A DNA stretch of 64,000 nucleotides, from assembly GCF_018350175.1 (NCBI RefSeq), contig NC_058368.1, forward strand, positions 232,316,001-232,380,000. Reading direction: 5' to 3'. The stretch is from Felis catus (taxonomy: Eukaryota). Shown piece by piece: positions 51,331-64,000 of the stretch; the stretch's first letter is position 1, and each line of letters starts with the position of its first letter. The translations under genes were made by a program, and so were the position numbers. The notes beneath the pieces are model-generated. The model was given only the letters and a program-made list of their open reading frames with translations, was not told the origin of the DNA and did no database searches.

Positions 51331-52926
51331 AAAACTTCTCTGGTGATTCCTTGTCATCATGGTTGCAGGATACTCCATGTTTTCCCCAGGGCAAGAGGAT
51401 TTTCATTCAGAATCTGCCTTTTAGGTCATCTCTTGTCCTAAATTATAACCAGAGGTGCTGATTGTCCTCAGCGTTAAGGTTTCATTTCTACATGTCTGAT
51501 TTATACTTTGTGGGCCAACATTTCACCCTGCATTTGCCTTTGAATCATTACTGGATCATTTGGTGTGGCAGACACATTTTTATGTCATTCTCTAGTTTCC
51601 CATAGGCCTGAATACATTGTTATATTTCTGTCATTTTATAGCAAAAGACGTGGCTGCAAATGTTGGAGTCTTTTGGGAGTTTGGTTTGTAATTTTATTAC
51701 AAGAAAAGCACCATGAATAACCATCAAAGTATGGTAAGGAGTAGGTAAAATTGCACAATCAGGTTGAATTATGGTTTTTATATAAGTAAAATTATAGCCA
51801 CCCTGTCCTGAGTGTTAATCAGTCTACCATTTGTTAAGAATGATTAATCATTAGAATATCCTTGATGAATATGTACTCTAATAGCCTTTCCTGAAACTAT
51901 GGCCGTTATGTGAATTTTCCTAAGAATTGGCAAGGAATGATGTGGCTGACAATTCTTAAGAGTGTGCTAGCAATAACTTGTGAAATCGGGATTTCAGAGT
52001 TAGGGTAGTGATTGTCTGTAGTAAAACACAGCCTTAGGTAAGTTGCTGTCATTTAAGTCAAACATGTGTAACATAAACGGTTTCAAGTTTATGTCCAAAG
52101 GAAGTACACAAAGGAGAAGGTGACAGTGGCTCTAGGAATGTGAGAGGATCTGCTCTGATAGTCTTAGGCAGAAATTGCGGACTTCATACAGTTGTCTGCT
52201 TGTTCTGAAGATCCTATGTCATCATTAAACCCCCATGGACCATCTGCTTCCAGCATTTCTCAGAGAACCTCAGTTCAAGATCTCTAATTGCTGTAATCTT
52301 CTCACTTTTGTCATTTGAGAATGGGGGATATTGTTTTAATTGGGAAACGTGCATTTAAAGATTAATTCCTTGCAAATTTAATTACTATTATGCTAGGCAT
52401 GATTACAGGGTGTGGTCCTTACCAGTGGGGTCAGAAGATAGCCCTTCTCTGATGTCTTTTTCAGAACATCAAATCATCTACTTTTAGATCGCCTAGGGGC
52501 TAATTAAATGATTGGTGAAGAAAAACACGCGGTGAAAGTCCACGAGAAGACTCAATATACAGGGTGTTCCTTTGCAGCATTCAGCTACATCAGCGGTGAA
52601 ATATAGGAACGGAGTGTCAGGGGAGGTGTTTTTTAGGCGTGGGCCTGCCAATGATCAGTTCAAAGAGGGAAACTATATAAATTCCTGAGAGGGAATGATG
52701 CAGGGCCATGAAAGCTAAGGGTAGTATTTTGGGTAATGAGATTTCAAAGGTGCCTGAGAGTTTAAGTAATTTTAGTTTCAAGAATCTATTTGCTCATTCC
52801 ACTTTTGCAGAGGCTCTTGGGTTATAAGGGCAAGGGATTTTCTGATGAGTGGAGGAAGCCTTGACTAAATCACAGATCAGTTTCCTAGAAAATGTTTCGG
52901 TCTATCGCTGTATGGTGAGAGTATAA

Positions 52927-53148
52927 GTTTTTTTTTTTCTTTTTTAAATTTTATTGATTGATTGATTGAGAGAGAGAGAGAGAGAACACACACGTGAGTG
53001 GGGGAGGGACAAAGACAGAGGGAGAGAGAGAATCCCAAGGTAACAGCACAGAGCCCCAATGTGGGGCTCAGTCTCATGAACCACAAGATCATGACCTGAG
53101 CTGAAACCAAGAGTTGGATGCTCAACAGACTGAGCCGCCCAGGCACCT
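52927..53148 (-). mobile_element. Can-SINE, older subfamily
   Basis: Reverse copy ending gagccgcccaggcacc. Confidence 0.9.
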
Positions 53149-53208
53149 AGACTCCCTAAATAGAAGACACCATATATTATCATTTTTAAATGACTGTGAG
53201 TGCTAGGG

Positions 53209-53243
<35 letters not shown>

Positions 53244-54469
53244 AGGAGATTGTTTCAACCTATCTAAGAAAATAAATATATTATGACTGGTCTGTATCCA
53301 CAGCCCATGGAAGGAGGCAATTGTTATGAAATCCATTTGGAAGTATTTGCTGAGATGATCCCTTAAATCATGATTGTAGACAGTGTCTCACTTTTACAGT
53401 TTTTCCATGAATGTCTCTTTCTTTTCTATAAAAAGCTTTTTAGTCCAAAGGGCATGTTTGGCATGGAGGTCTGCTAAATTATTTCCTCTTCCTTTTTTTT
53501 TTTTTTTCATTGTGGATGTCTAGTTTATGAGCATAAGTTTTGGGGCTATTATTGAAACATCAATTAATTCTTACTTTTTTTGGCCGTTTTCACTGGGGTG
53601 CCTAAGGAAGTTAAGAACACTGTTTCTGCAGGATTCTGAAGCCATGGACTATTCCCAAAGCACATAGACTATGTGTATATATTTACCGTTTTTATTCTTA
53701 ACAATTTAATACACCCCAGAGAAGGCCATAGGCTCAGCCATTTGAGATGATCTGTAATCTCATAAAGGCCTGATTCCACAAGGGAATTGGGAGTGTTATT
53801 GCAGAATAAGTCTGATATTATCTCATTTCATTTTAAAATACACAACCAATATTAAGTTAGAATTTTGTATGGAAGTATCCCATGTATCTGTTATGGGAGT
53901 GGGCATGTATCAGATTTCAGAACCATAATAACAATTATGAGATTTCCGTGTTGTTGAGTTCACACCCCTAGAGCAGAGTATAATATTTCATGTGCTATGC
54001 AGTGAGAATGGTCATGATTATCTGGGAAAAAATCAGTCTGGTGTTCTAAGGACTTTTAGAAATCATTCTGCCTAGTTCTGAGAAGTCTTGCTTATAGGGT
54101 TTCTGGGACTATCACTTATTCTTTGTTTATATTTTGAATCATATATAATGTCATTATATTGATATCTAGATTGGCTATAATTTGACCAGGTGTAGGAGAG
54201 CTTTCTGGCACATTCTAAAATTAGTCCTTCTGCGGTACATTTTGTTGGTTGTTTCCTTTGCAGAGTAGATCTCTACTCATTAAATTTTATAGAGGCTGTA
54301 CTTCAGGAGACCCTGTGTTCATCTGATAATGAGCCCAAAATAACAGTTACAGTTTGTGTCAAGAAGAAAGACAGGACTGTTAGAAATTTCCACTCCTCGA
54401 GTGATTTTAGAATTCTAAGGAATCTGACTGTGCTAATCATGTGTCTTGTTTTCTATATGATATGATGTT

Positions 54470-54980
54470 TTGAAATCTCTGGGGGGCCATCTGGGTGGAG
54501 AGTCGCTGACTGCCCCCCCAGGGCTACCTAATTCCTAGAGACAGCAAACAACATGGAAGTAAGCCTGCCTTTCATATGTGGACCCCCCATTTCCAAGTCC
54601 ACACCCCCCACCACCTCCCATATGGGACACTCATACACCAAGCCAGTATTTTCCCTGCCCTGAATCGACCCAGTGCCGGTACTAGACAACTAAGACAGCC
54701 CCTATGATCTACAGCCAGTTGCAATCACTAAAATTAGCAAATCCTAAACTGTTTACTCTTCTCTGCCTTGCCTTTCCCATGGAAACTCCAATAGAGGCTC
54801 TGGTCTATGCTTCCTTCCCCTCTCTTCTCTCTGTCTCCGGGTGCTTCCCATGGTGGCCCTGCATGGCAAGCACACTTCTCCCTTCTAGGGGAACTGTGGG
54901 TAACATTAAACTTTTCTCTCAATGGCTTTGACCTCTGCGTATCCTCATTAAGCCATTTTTATAAATTAAGGACTAGGCAC
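54470..54980 (+). mobile_element. ERV1-type solo LTR (MER34/MER39-like)
   Basis: taattcctagaga...caagccagtattttccctgccct...aatcctaaactgttt...cctttcccatggaaactccaata...tggccctgcatggc resembles the recalled MER34/MER39 family. Confidence 0.6.
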
Positions 54981-55449
54981 AAATCAGTGATGTTTTAAGT
55001 CATCACCGATCAAGATAGATGTTAGATATAGAGGCACTCATGCCAACAGAAAGTCATGTTATTTTACACTTATGTTTATAAACAATTCAACATGAGGTTT
55101 TGGGATCATAGACATGGAATCTGGGGGTGCCGATGTTTTCTTTGGCATAGAATCTTTGTGTCCTCTCTTTCTTAGACAATCTGGGACACGAGTCCTTCCT
55201 GTAGTCCTTGTGATGATCATATCCATGAGTACCCTGATTCACAGCCTCCTAATTCTTAAAGAGCAGAGGACCTTCTGGTCTTGTTTTTATTTTGGCCTCT
55301 AGGTTTATATATATAACATATATATAATGTTTATATACATAACATATATATTATGTATATATATCAACCTAGAAAAGAAAACAAACGTAAAGCTTTATAT
55401 TTGTTTTGTTTCCTAGCTTGCTTATTTCCTAGGGCTGTTTTAAAAAAGT

Positions 55450-56630
55450 CTTTTTTAAGAGATTATGGTAAAGTATACACGACATAAAATTTACCCATTT
55501 AATCCCTTTTGAGTGTTCAATTCGGTGTCGTTAGGTACATTCACATGATTGTAAGAACTAAGACAGGGGAGAAACAAATGGTCAATTGATAAAGATCGCA
55601 GGCATGCAGAACATGAAACTCCACTACGGTTTGTAACCATCTTAAAGAGTTACAAGAAAAACACAATTTCAATAATAGTCAGACCTCCAGGAACCTATAG
55701 ACTCAATTTCCTGGAGCCCTAACATCACCTTCACTTCCATAAGAGAGAAAACCCTGTATAATCAGTCATTCCTCACAATCACAATGCAGCTTTTTTGGCC
55801 CACAGGTCCTGTCTCCAAGCTATAATAAAAGCACCTTTTTGCACCGTAAAACATCTCAAGAATTCTTTCTTGACCCTTGAGCTCAACGATCTCACATCGG
55901 TGTCCACTGTTCTATTTTCTGTTTCTATAAATTTGAGTATTCTAGATACCTAATATAAGTCAAGTCGTATAATATTCATCCTTCTGTGTCTGGCTTATTT
56001 CACTGATGTTTTCAGGTTCTATCTATTTTGTGCCATACGTCATAACTCCATTCCTTTTTGAGATTGAATAATGTTCTATTTTACGTATATACATTTTGCT
56101 TATCCATTCACCTGTCAACGGACATTTGGTTGTTTCTACCTTTTCATCATTGCAAATAATACTGGTGAACACTGGGGCACAACATTCTGCTTGAGTCTCT
56201 GGTTTCAATTCTTTTGGACGTGTGGCTAGAAGAATTATTGCTGGATCATGTGATAATGCTGTTTACTTTTTTCGAGAAGATGCCATACTGTCTTCCACAG
56301 TGACCGCCCCATTTTATATTTCCAGCAGTACGCCATCAGCATCCCGATTTCTCCGTATCTACACCAATACTTAATTTCTGTATTTTGGATAATGGCTATC
56401 CCGATAAGTGTGGGGTGGTATCTTACTGCAGTTTGATTTCTATTTCCCGCATAGTGATGCAGAATAACTTCCCATGTCCTTATTAGCTATTTGTATGTTT
56501 TCTTTGGAGAAATGTCAAAGTCCCCGGCCCATTTGTGACTTGGGTTGTTTGTCACTTCATTGCTGAGTTTTAGGAGTTTTTATATATTTTGAATACTAAT
56601 GTGTTATCAGACAATGATTTGCTAATAATT
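55450..56630 (-). mobile_element. LINE-1 3' fragment (L1MB-like), antisense, interrupted by an LTR
   Basis: cataaaatttacccattt...gtacattcaca, then ctagatacct...gtgtctggcttatttcact...gctggatcat...tttctttggagaaatgtc. Confidence 0.85.
55550..55896 (+). mobile_element. Solo ERV LTR (~347 bp) nested in L1
   Basis: TG...CA termini (tgtaagaact...tctcaca) and an internal AATAAA at 55824; L1 similarity resumes on both sides. Confidence 0.7.
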
Positions 56631-58536
56631 TCTAAGAATTTTTGAAAATATTCATCCAAGTGTTCCAAGTCTTCTAGGTTGGCAATGTCAAATTCTATTT
56701 TTAAGCCTTATCAATATTTGAACACTTTTAAAAAGGAACGCATCTGTCTTTACTTCAGTTCTTTCTGTACCCCCAGAATATTGTTTGAAATATTTCTGAA
56801 GTCCATCTTAAAAGATATTCATCATTATTTGGTTTAAAATTTTGTGTCTTTGCCCAATCTGAACTTAAGGGAAAGACTTCAGAAATGGCCTTACACACAA
56901 TACATTTCTTTTTTAGTGCCATTTTTAGATGTATGCACATCCAGATTCAATCCTTTCCTGGCATGTCCCACTGTGCTGCTTCTAACCATTTTCCCTATCT
57001 TGGGGCCTAAGAAGAGAGGAGCTAGTTGGTGCAATAATGACAATCGAGAACAATAGTTACCTAACAAAATCCTGAATTCTGTCACTGATTCGTCTGTCTT
57101 CATGAAACAGGCAGAGTTACTTTTTAAAGTTAGGAAAACACTTTTTAAAGCCCACAACTCCTCTCTCAACTAGGGTTTGAGTTCACCTTCTATAGATCTA
57201 GAAAGGTTAAGGGGAAATTATTCAATGTGATTTTTCCTGTTCAGAAGTACAAACAGACACAGAATCCTGAAGGGGAATGTAGACTTCAAGAAGGTCAAGA
57301 GGATGAGCAGGAGGGACCGAGATGCTGTGAGTAGGTGGTGAAGACACAGCTGGATATGGAGGGTAATTTCAGAGGGCTTGAATAGCAGTGAACTATTTCT
57401 CTTGTTTTTTTTTTTTTTTTTTCCATACAGAATCTTTGAGGGAGACTCTCCTGGCGTCTTTATTTCTTTTGAGCCTTCAGCATCTAATCAGAGAGAGCTT
57501 GCTATGCTGTTTCACATTTTGTCTTTTTTCCAGAGTTCCTTTTAAATGTACCCTTTGTATATCAAAATACCTCCCCAAGGGCGATGATAAGTGTAAGTCT
57601 TCCTTGGTGAACCACTGCCAGTTATCAGGGTAGTAAGTCACCAGGATTATTTTGAGAAGTCATATGGGAAATAGGAGTTCTGCTGTGGCTTGGATGTGGG
57701 CAAATACATGACGAACACAAATGAAGCTATACTCTGTCAAAGGTCTGATGGATGCTGTCTTAGTTCTTCAAAGAATACAGGCTAGGTAGAAGCCATAGGA
57801 TAGGCGAGCTGGCAAACTGACCTCAGAATATGCAGTTAGCAAAGTTGTCTTTCACGATTTGATACGACAAGGAATGTCCTCACATATATTTGGTTGGTGG
57901 TGGGGATGGGGACAGAGGGATCCAAACATTACTGACTGATCACCTTTGCACAAATTTGCTGCCATTCTTGCAGACCTCCAACCATCAGTCCATGGGATGC
58001 ACTTGAATAGAGGCTTATTTGGCCAACACCTCTAGCTCTATGTGTGGATCATTCCCTTATATGCTCAGCAGACCTAATATAGAACAAAATGGAAATGCAA
58101 GACAAGACTTGGTACAGAGGAACAATAAGTGAAAATGAAGCAAGTGCTAGGGAAATACAAAGATTGATAGTGAAAATATTTACCAAATATTGCACCCCCC
58201 CCAAAAAAAGGTCAGATTCCTCCTTTCAAAGACCTATTTTTTAAAGAAAATAAATTCTAAACAAAATAAATTTTAAACAAAATAAATTCAGCAATGCCAG
58301 CACAATGAAAAAGTCAGATCTTATCTGATACCATTGTTTAGAAAATTATGAGTACTTTGAGGCCTGTCAAAGTTTGGGGATCAAGAAAGCCCTCATATCT
58401 CCCACTACTTCAGGATTCTTGAAATGACACCAAATAAAGCTCTTTGAAGAATTCTGGTGGAACCCTCAGCTGTCAGAGGAAGAGGTAAAATCGAATATTC
58501 ATCCAACATCTAAAAATACATGTAAAAATGAGTTTC

Positions 58537-58760
58537 TTTTTTTTTAAATTTTTTTTTAACATTTATTTATTTTTGAGACAGAGAGAGACAGAGCATGAAC
58601 AGCGGAGGGGCAGAGAGAGAGGGAGACACAGAATCTGAAACAGGCTCCAGGCTCTGAGCTGTCAGCACAGAGCCCGACATGGGGCTCGAACTCACGGACC
58701 GTGAGATCATGATCTGAGCCGAAGTTGTACACTTAACCGACCAAGACACCCAGGCGCCCC
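58537..58760 (-). mobile_element. Can-SINE with TSD
   Basis: Full-length reverse copy flanked by gagtttctt on both sides. Confidence 0.94.
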
Positions 58761-61700
58761 AGAGTTTCTTATTTGTTTAAGCAGGAAAGGCAAATGTTTG
58801 ATAAACCCAGTTTCTCCAACTGGGACTGGCCAACTTTACCTCTGGAGTGGTTAAGACTTGGTGGACATCTAGATGTAAAAGTGGAGCTCGTGTTGGGTTG
58901 CTACTTGATCTCAGTTGAGTTTCTTACCCTACATGCCTATTAATTCCCAATTCACTCCCCCTGTCTCCACCAGCTAGATTATTTCAAGGTGAATCTACAA
59001 GACGCAAGTTACGCTTCTACAAGTTATGCCTCCCAGATCACTCATTTGATTTCTCACTCGCTGAAATGTTTCCAGTGATTCTCAATCTCCATGGAATAAA
59101 TCTGCATCTCCAATTCCACCTAACATTCCAGATCCAACACCTGCTACCTTCCTGTCCATACTTCTTTGCCACTGTTCCTCGCCAGGTACCTCACAGGTAC
59201 CTCACACATTGGTCAGTGGTTTTCTTGTAAATAACCTGAGGAGCCCCTTAAACTTGATCGTCTGTGTCCTTTTGCTCATGCTTCGTCCTCCATCTGGAAT
59301 GTCCCATACCCTCCCCTCCATTAAGATAACTCACAACTCTTCCTTCTGACTCAAACCAAAAGCTTTCTCTGATTACTATAATCTTGACAGGGCATATAAT
59401 AACCATCCTCACTTCGGAGCTGTAAGTATGGCTTGGTGTCCTGGGAGCAAGTAAAACCCTGCATTTCTTAGTTGATGACTCTGCCCTCGGGTGACTAGAG
59501 TTTACATCTTCATTGGTAAATTTGGAACACTATCATCCACTCTTTTGTCATCTACAGATTTGTAGAGAGATTCATAAAGTTAATGTTTAATAATAAACGA
59601 TGTAGACCAGGAAACACCATTATCTGCAGTCTTCTCTCACTGCCCTGTTTTGTGGCTAGATGTGTGGTTATATGTGTGCGATATCTCTCACAGATTGTAA
59701 TAATTCAGAAGAAAGACCGAGGTGGCAACAAGCATCCTTAAATCACCTCATTGAGCAGTGTCTTGAACATCAAAGTGCCTTGTAAGAATCTACTGTATCC
59801 GTAATTGAATCATAGAGGAATATTACAAAAAATAGCTGCATCATATGCTTAATAGCACTTATATTTTACACATAGTGTGTGTTAGGGCTGTATATTTTTA
59901 AAGAAAACGAATTCCACATTGTAGGCTATAAAATTTCGTAATCATTAGGAAGAGTGACATCTGTAGCAAAATCAATGTTAACTCTTTCTATGCTTTAAAA
60001 TGACCAAACATACAATAAATAGATTTTGATAATGCTTCTTTGATTTCTGTCACCTTGGAACTTTTCTCTTGGATTTTGAGGTGATGCCATTTAAGTGAAC
60101 TAGAATCCTTTTGTCTCATAAAAAAAAAAAAGAAGCTTCCCCTAAATTCAACTCCCAGCTTTATTTCAATAACTACTTGATAGAGCAGATTGTGCTGCTT
60201 TGGGAAACATCCCTCTCTTTTGTCTGATTTGAGAATAAAAGCTATGGGCCTTGGCTTCTGTTAAAATCTTTGGAGGAAAATAGAAATCCTGGGACATTAT
60301 GCCTTTTGCTTCCTCACTGTCACGTGACCCTTTACTTTCATCTACGAGCTTCTCGGTCACAAGAAACTGGCAGCCGTGGCCACACACATCTTGAGGTGGC
60401 TCTTTTCCTATGCAGAGGGACATCTTCTCCAGTCCTAAACCTCTTGGATTTAAGATGACCTTTGTTTGTCCCTAATGTTTGAATGAGCAAAGAACCAAAG
60501 CTGGCATTGCCTTTAGGGCTAATCTAGATACAGCCCACTCATTCCACTCTTGGGGAAACTGAGGCAGGAGTGGCACAGTGACTTTCCAGGTCACAGACCT
60601 CACTGGGGCAGAGTCAGGGCTGGGGCCCCACCTTCTTACATTCAGTGTCCTGGGATGAGGTCTTCTGAGTGTGTCTTTGTCCTAGCACGTGTGAGGATCC
60701 ATGCGGCTGTCCCTTACTGGTGACATCCAGGTCCCTAAGAAGGTCCCCTCTCTGTTCAGCCAGACAAAGGGCATGATATGCCCCAAACCACATGAAGCCA
60801 CAGATACCGATGCCCTGTACTCAGCCCTGTGTTTATTCTGACCCTAGTTGCCTGTAGACGAGGCTGATCTTCTGGCTGGATTATGGAGATGTGTATTGAT
60901 ACATCTCCATAATGTATCATACACCTGTCTCCTGGGGCCGTCACAAGTTCATGGGGCTCTGCTGCACCTGACGTGGGTTTGCAGTATCCTAGAGAACCAG
61001 GAGTGCTGAAATAGAGAGCGTGCCACCAATACAAGCTGGTAGATTGGGTAAAGTATATTTTATCAACAGAGCAGAGAGCAGAGCTTTACTGCACAATCGG
61101 GTATTATTACAAGTAAAAAAAAATTTTTTTTTCATGTTTTGGAAAGATGTTATTAAATACGAGGGAACCGTTCCTAGGCTGCTATTGCTCTGGTGAGGGT
61201 AGAGATGGGGATTAAAAGCATCTGTGAGGATCCTGGAACTAATCCTTTCACATTCAAGAAGCCACCGCGGGGAGTCAACTGCGGACAAAGCATTGATACA
61301 TTCATACGGGGGCTGTTTGGGATCCGAGATGAGCACAGACTCTGCTCTCCAGAAGCCACGATTCCTTACGTGCTTATGTAAGAATGCAGGAGAGACACTG
61401 ACATGTTCCGAGAGAATGGCAAAAAGTGCTGGCTTGATGCAGAGAAGAGGCAGCCAGCTGACTTCCCACTGGGCCATGTAGAAGGAGAGAGAAGACCATT
61501 CCCTCACATCTCCCGATTTCAGCAAAATTGATCAGAAGAGACTAACCCCACCATGAGCTTTCCTGAGAATTCGTGTAAGGAAGAGAGTTTCACCTGTGTG
61601 TTCCAGTATCAAACACGGATGCTCACCACAGTTCCAGAAAGTCATCACATGAATAGTCCCTCCTCACCTGGAAATGATCATCTCAATGGATGTCTTGGAG

Positions 61701-62147
61701 CAGATGGTGAATTAGAACACTTTGAGGGAAATACACATTGAATGCTTAAAAATAAGGGAGCATATTTGAATAGACTTAATGTTAAGATATTAAATTGGGT
61801 TTTAATACGATGCCTTTGGTTTGGCTTCTTTTATCTCCAGTGATAATCCTTTTCGCAAGCTCCTGTGATGACCTCCATCCCATTTCCATTACAATGCCCA
61901 TCACTTCAGATGCAAAACCAACACTGCTACAGAATTTAGGCAAATGAAAGAGCTGTCTGAAGAACGGGGGTGATATAAGGGAGCATTGACCTGTACATTA
62001 TTAACTCTTTAGTTAACATCTACTTTTTGCTTAGACCCTGTTTGTATGAAAAGATTTTATCTTATTTTTATTTCCTTCACATCTAATGTGTCTAATACAA
62101 GACACAACAGGTCTTCCCAGAAAGCTAGATTAAAAATGAAATAAACT

Positions 62148-62335
62148 GGGGCGCCTGGGTGGCTCAGTTAAGCGTCCAACTTTGGCTCAGGTCATGATCT
62201 CACGGTTCATGGGTTCAAGCCCCGCATCGGGCTCTGTGCTGACAGTTCAGAGCCTGGAGCCTGCCTCGGATTCTGTATCCCTCTCTTTCTCTCTCTCTCA
62301 AAAATAAATAAACATTTAAAAAATTAAAAATAGAA
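62148..62335 (+). mobile_element. Can-SINE
   Basis: ggggcgcctgggtggctcagttaagcg head, shortened CT tract and A tail. Confidence 0.92.
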
Positions 62336-62587
62336 TAAATAGAGTAGGATTCCACTTTTAGTGATCTACCATTCAATGCTTTGGAATCATATTATAAGAG
62401 TCCCTGGCAACACACAGCTTGAGTTATACTCGCCTTGCAAGTTGACAGTTTGCTACAACTGGCCTTACCCAGCTCATTGTAGATGTGCCCCATGGAGTCG
62501 TCAGGGGTATGAACTGATGGTGGGCGGTGTCCTGCCTCTTCGTAGATAAGATGGCCTATGGTCATGTTGTTTGAAGTCTCCAGATTG

Positions 62588-62827
62588 TTTTTATTTTATT
62601 TATTTATTTATTTATTTATTTTTTCAACATTTATTTATTTTTGCGACAGAGAGAGACAGAGCATGAACGGGGGAGGGGCAGAGAGAGAGGGAGACACAGA
62701 ATTGGAAACAGGCTCCAGGCTCTGAGCCATCAGCCCAGAGCCTGACGCGGGGCTCGAACTCACGGAACGCGAGATCGTGACCTGGCTGAAGTCGGACGCT
62801 TAACTGACTGCACCACCCAGGCGCCCC
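62588..62827 (-). mobile_element. Young felid Can-SINE with long TSD
   Basis: Near-consensus reverse copy; direct repeat gaagtctccagattgttttta at 62573 and 62829. Confidence 0.95.
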
Positions 62828-64000
62828 AGAAGTCTCCAGATTGTTTTTAATTGACGCAAAAGAAATATGGGAGTAGAAAACAGGTAGGAATACACAGAAG
62901 GTTGGAGACGATTTAGAACCCTTTTCAAGAGAGACACAACACTGACATGGGCGACTTGCAGGGAAAATGGATGTTTTTTCCCCACAGCGAAGACAATGGC
63001 ATAACCAGTCACAACAGGAAAGATACTATTAGGCCTTAGAGAAAGACGTTCATCACCCGAACTGAGGAATTAAACGTCCAGGCTTCGTTAACACCAAGGG
63101 CAAGTTGACTCGTTCCATCTTTATCACCCTGATTAGACACCCCAGGTGTTCAACCAGATCTCATTTTATATCACTGTTTCTTGTAAAGTATGATGCCAGT
63201 AAAGCGAAATCGGTCTCAGCAGAACCCATAAGAACCATGATTTTAGCACAGCACTAAAATCGACCCCCTGAAGTCTATTCTGAAAGAGTCTGTGTCTCAT
63301 GTTCTCATCTACAGAAATGCGTACTTGACAACTCAAGTGAGGAAATCAAACGGACATTATGTGAAGTCAGTGAATTAGAGAGAAATCTGAGTCTAATGAA
63401 AATATGAAAAAGATACAGCCAGGAACAGCAGCTGACAAGTAACCACCGTCATGCACTTTGGGATGCCATTCGGGTGACTGAATTGCCTTCAGAATAAAGG
63501 GCATTATGACAAAAATGCCAAAGGACTCCAAAAATATTAATTTATTCATAGAAATAAGACTATCCAAAAAGCAGTCTGCGATGTCTTTATATGACTCTAG
63601 AATTCATAGAAAAGCCCACTTTCAAATAAATTAAAAAAAAAGATTATGTATTCCGACTTGAATTCACTTTCCACATACCTTATGATTTCTGGTTGATATG
63701 GAAATTACTTAGATTCAGTCTTAGAACTCTATTGCTTTTGAAGACAAGAGTTTATGCGTGGATGGAGGCAGAGCATCAGTGCAGTGAGGGCACATTTCCG
63801 TGTGCTTATACAGACACCAGAGTCCAATTAAACCTTGGACTTGTGGGGAAGACGGAGCAGGTGTGAGAAAAACATTCTCTCTATCTCACCTGTATTTTAT
63901 ACATATAATATATCTTAAGGAAAAAATATTCTGAACACCCTGACTATGAAAACATGCCTGTAATTTACTTATCCAAAGTTAAGTAGCAAATACGTGTATA

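Noticed and set aside
45831..59204. Small tandem duplications (attagcccaggtg x2 at 45831, aaaataaattYtaaac near 58246, caggtacctca x2 at 59183)
   Set aside because: Ordinary slippage products with no sign of function.

Overview
Mammalian genomic DNA, most likely from a felid, judging by the many young SINEC_Fc-type Can-SINEs. The + strand carries the last five coding exons of SEMA5A (semaphorin-5A): 3067-3237, 4759-4914, 6335-6382, 10765-10976 and 13644-13763. All have GT-AG boundaries and splice in frame. They encode the last two thrombospondin type-1 repeats, a linker, the transmembrane helix and the cytoplasmic tail ending ...NNYDEY*. A predicted 3' UTR of about 7.4 kb follows, ending at a strong poly(A) module near 21.2 kb. 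The remaining ~43 kb looks intergenic: Can-SINEs, old L1/L2/MIR fragments, several solo LTRs, a Tigger2-like MITE, microsatellites and an orphan CpG island at about 34.6-36.6 kb. I found no convincing novel protein-coding gene or new multi-gene system. The most interesting signals are regulatory or structural: a perfect intronic CTCF core, a CpG/G4-rich block inside the 3' UTR, a CPE/Pumilio/UGUA cluster at the distal poly(A) site, the orphan island with its minisatellite and palindromic kB site, and two abutting palindromes near 55.3 kb. Repeat family names and human comparisons are from recall and need checking; repeat boundaries are approximate.
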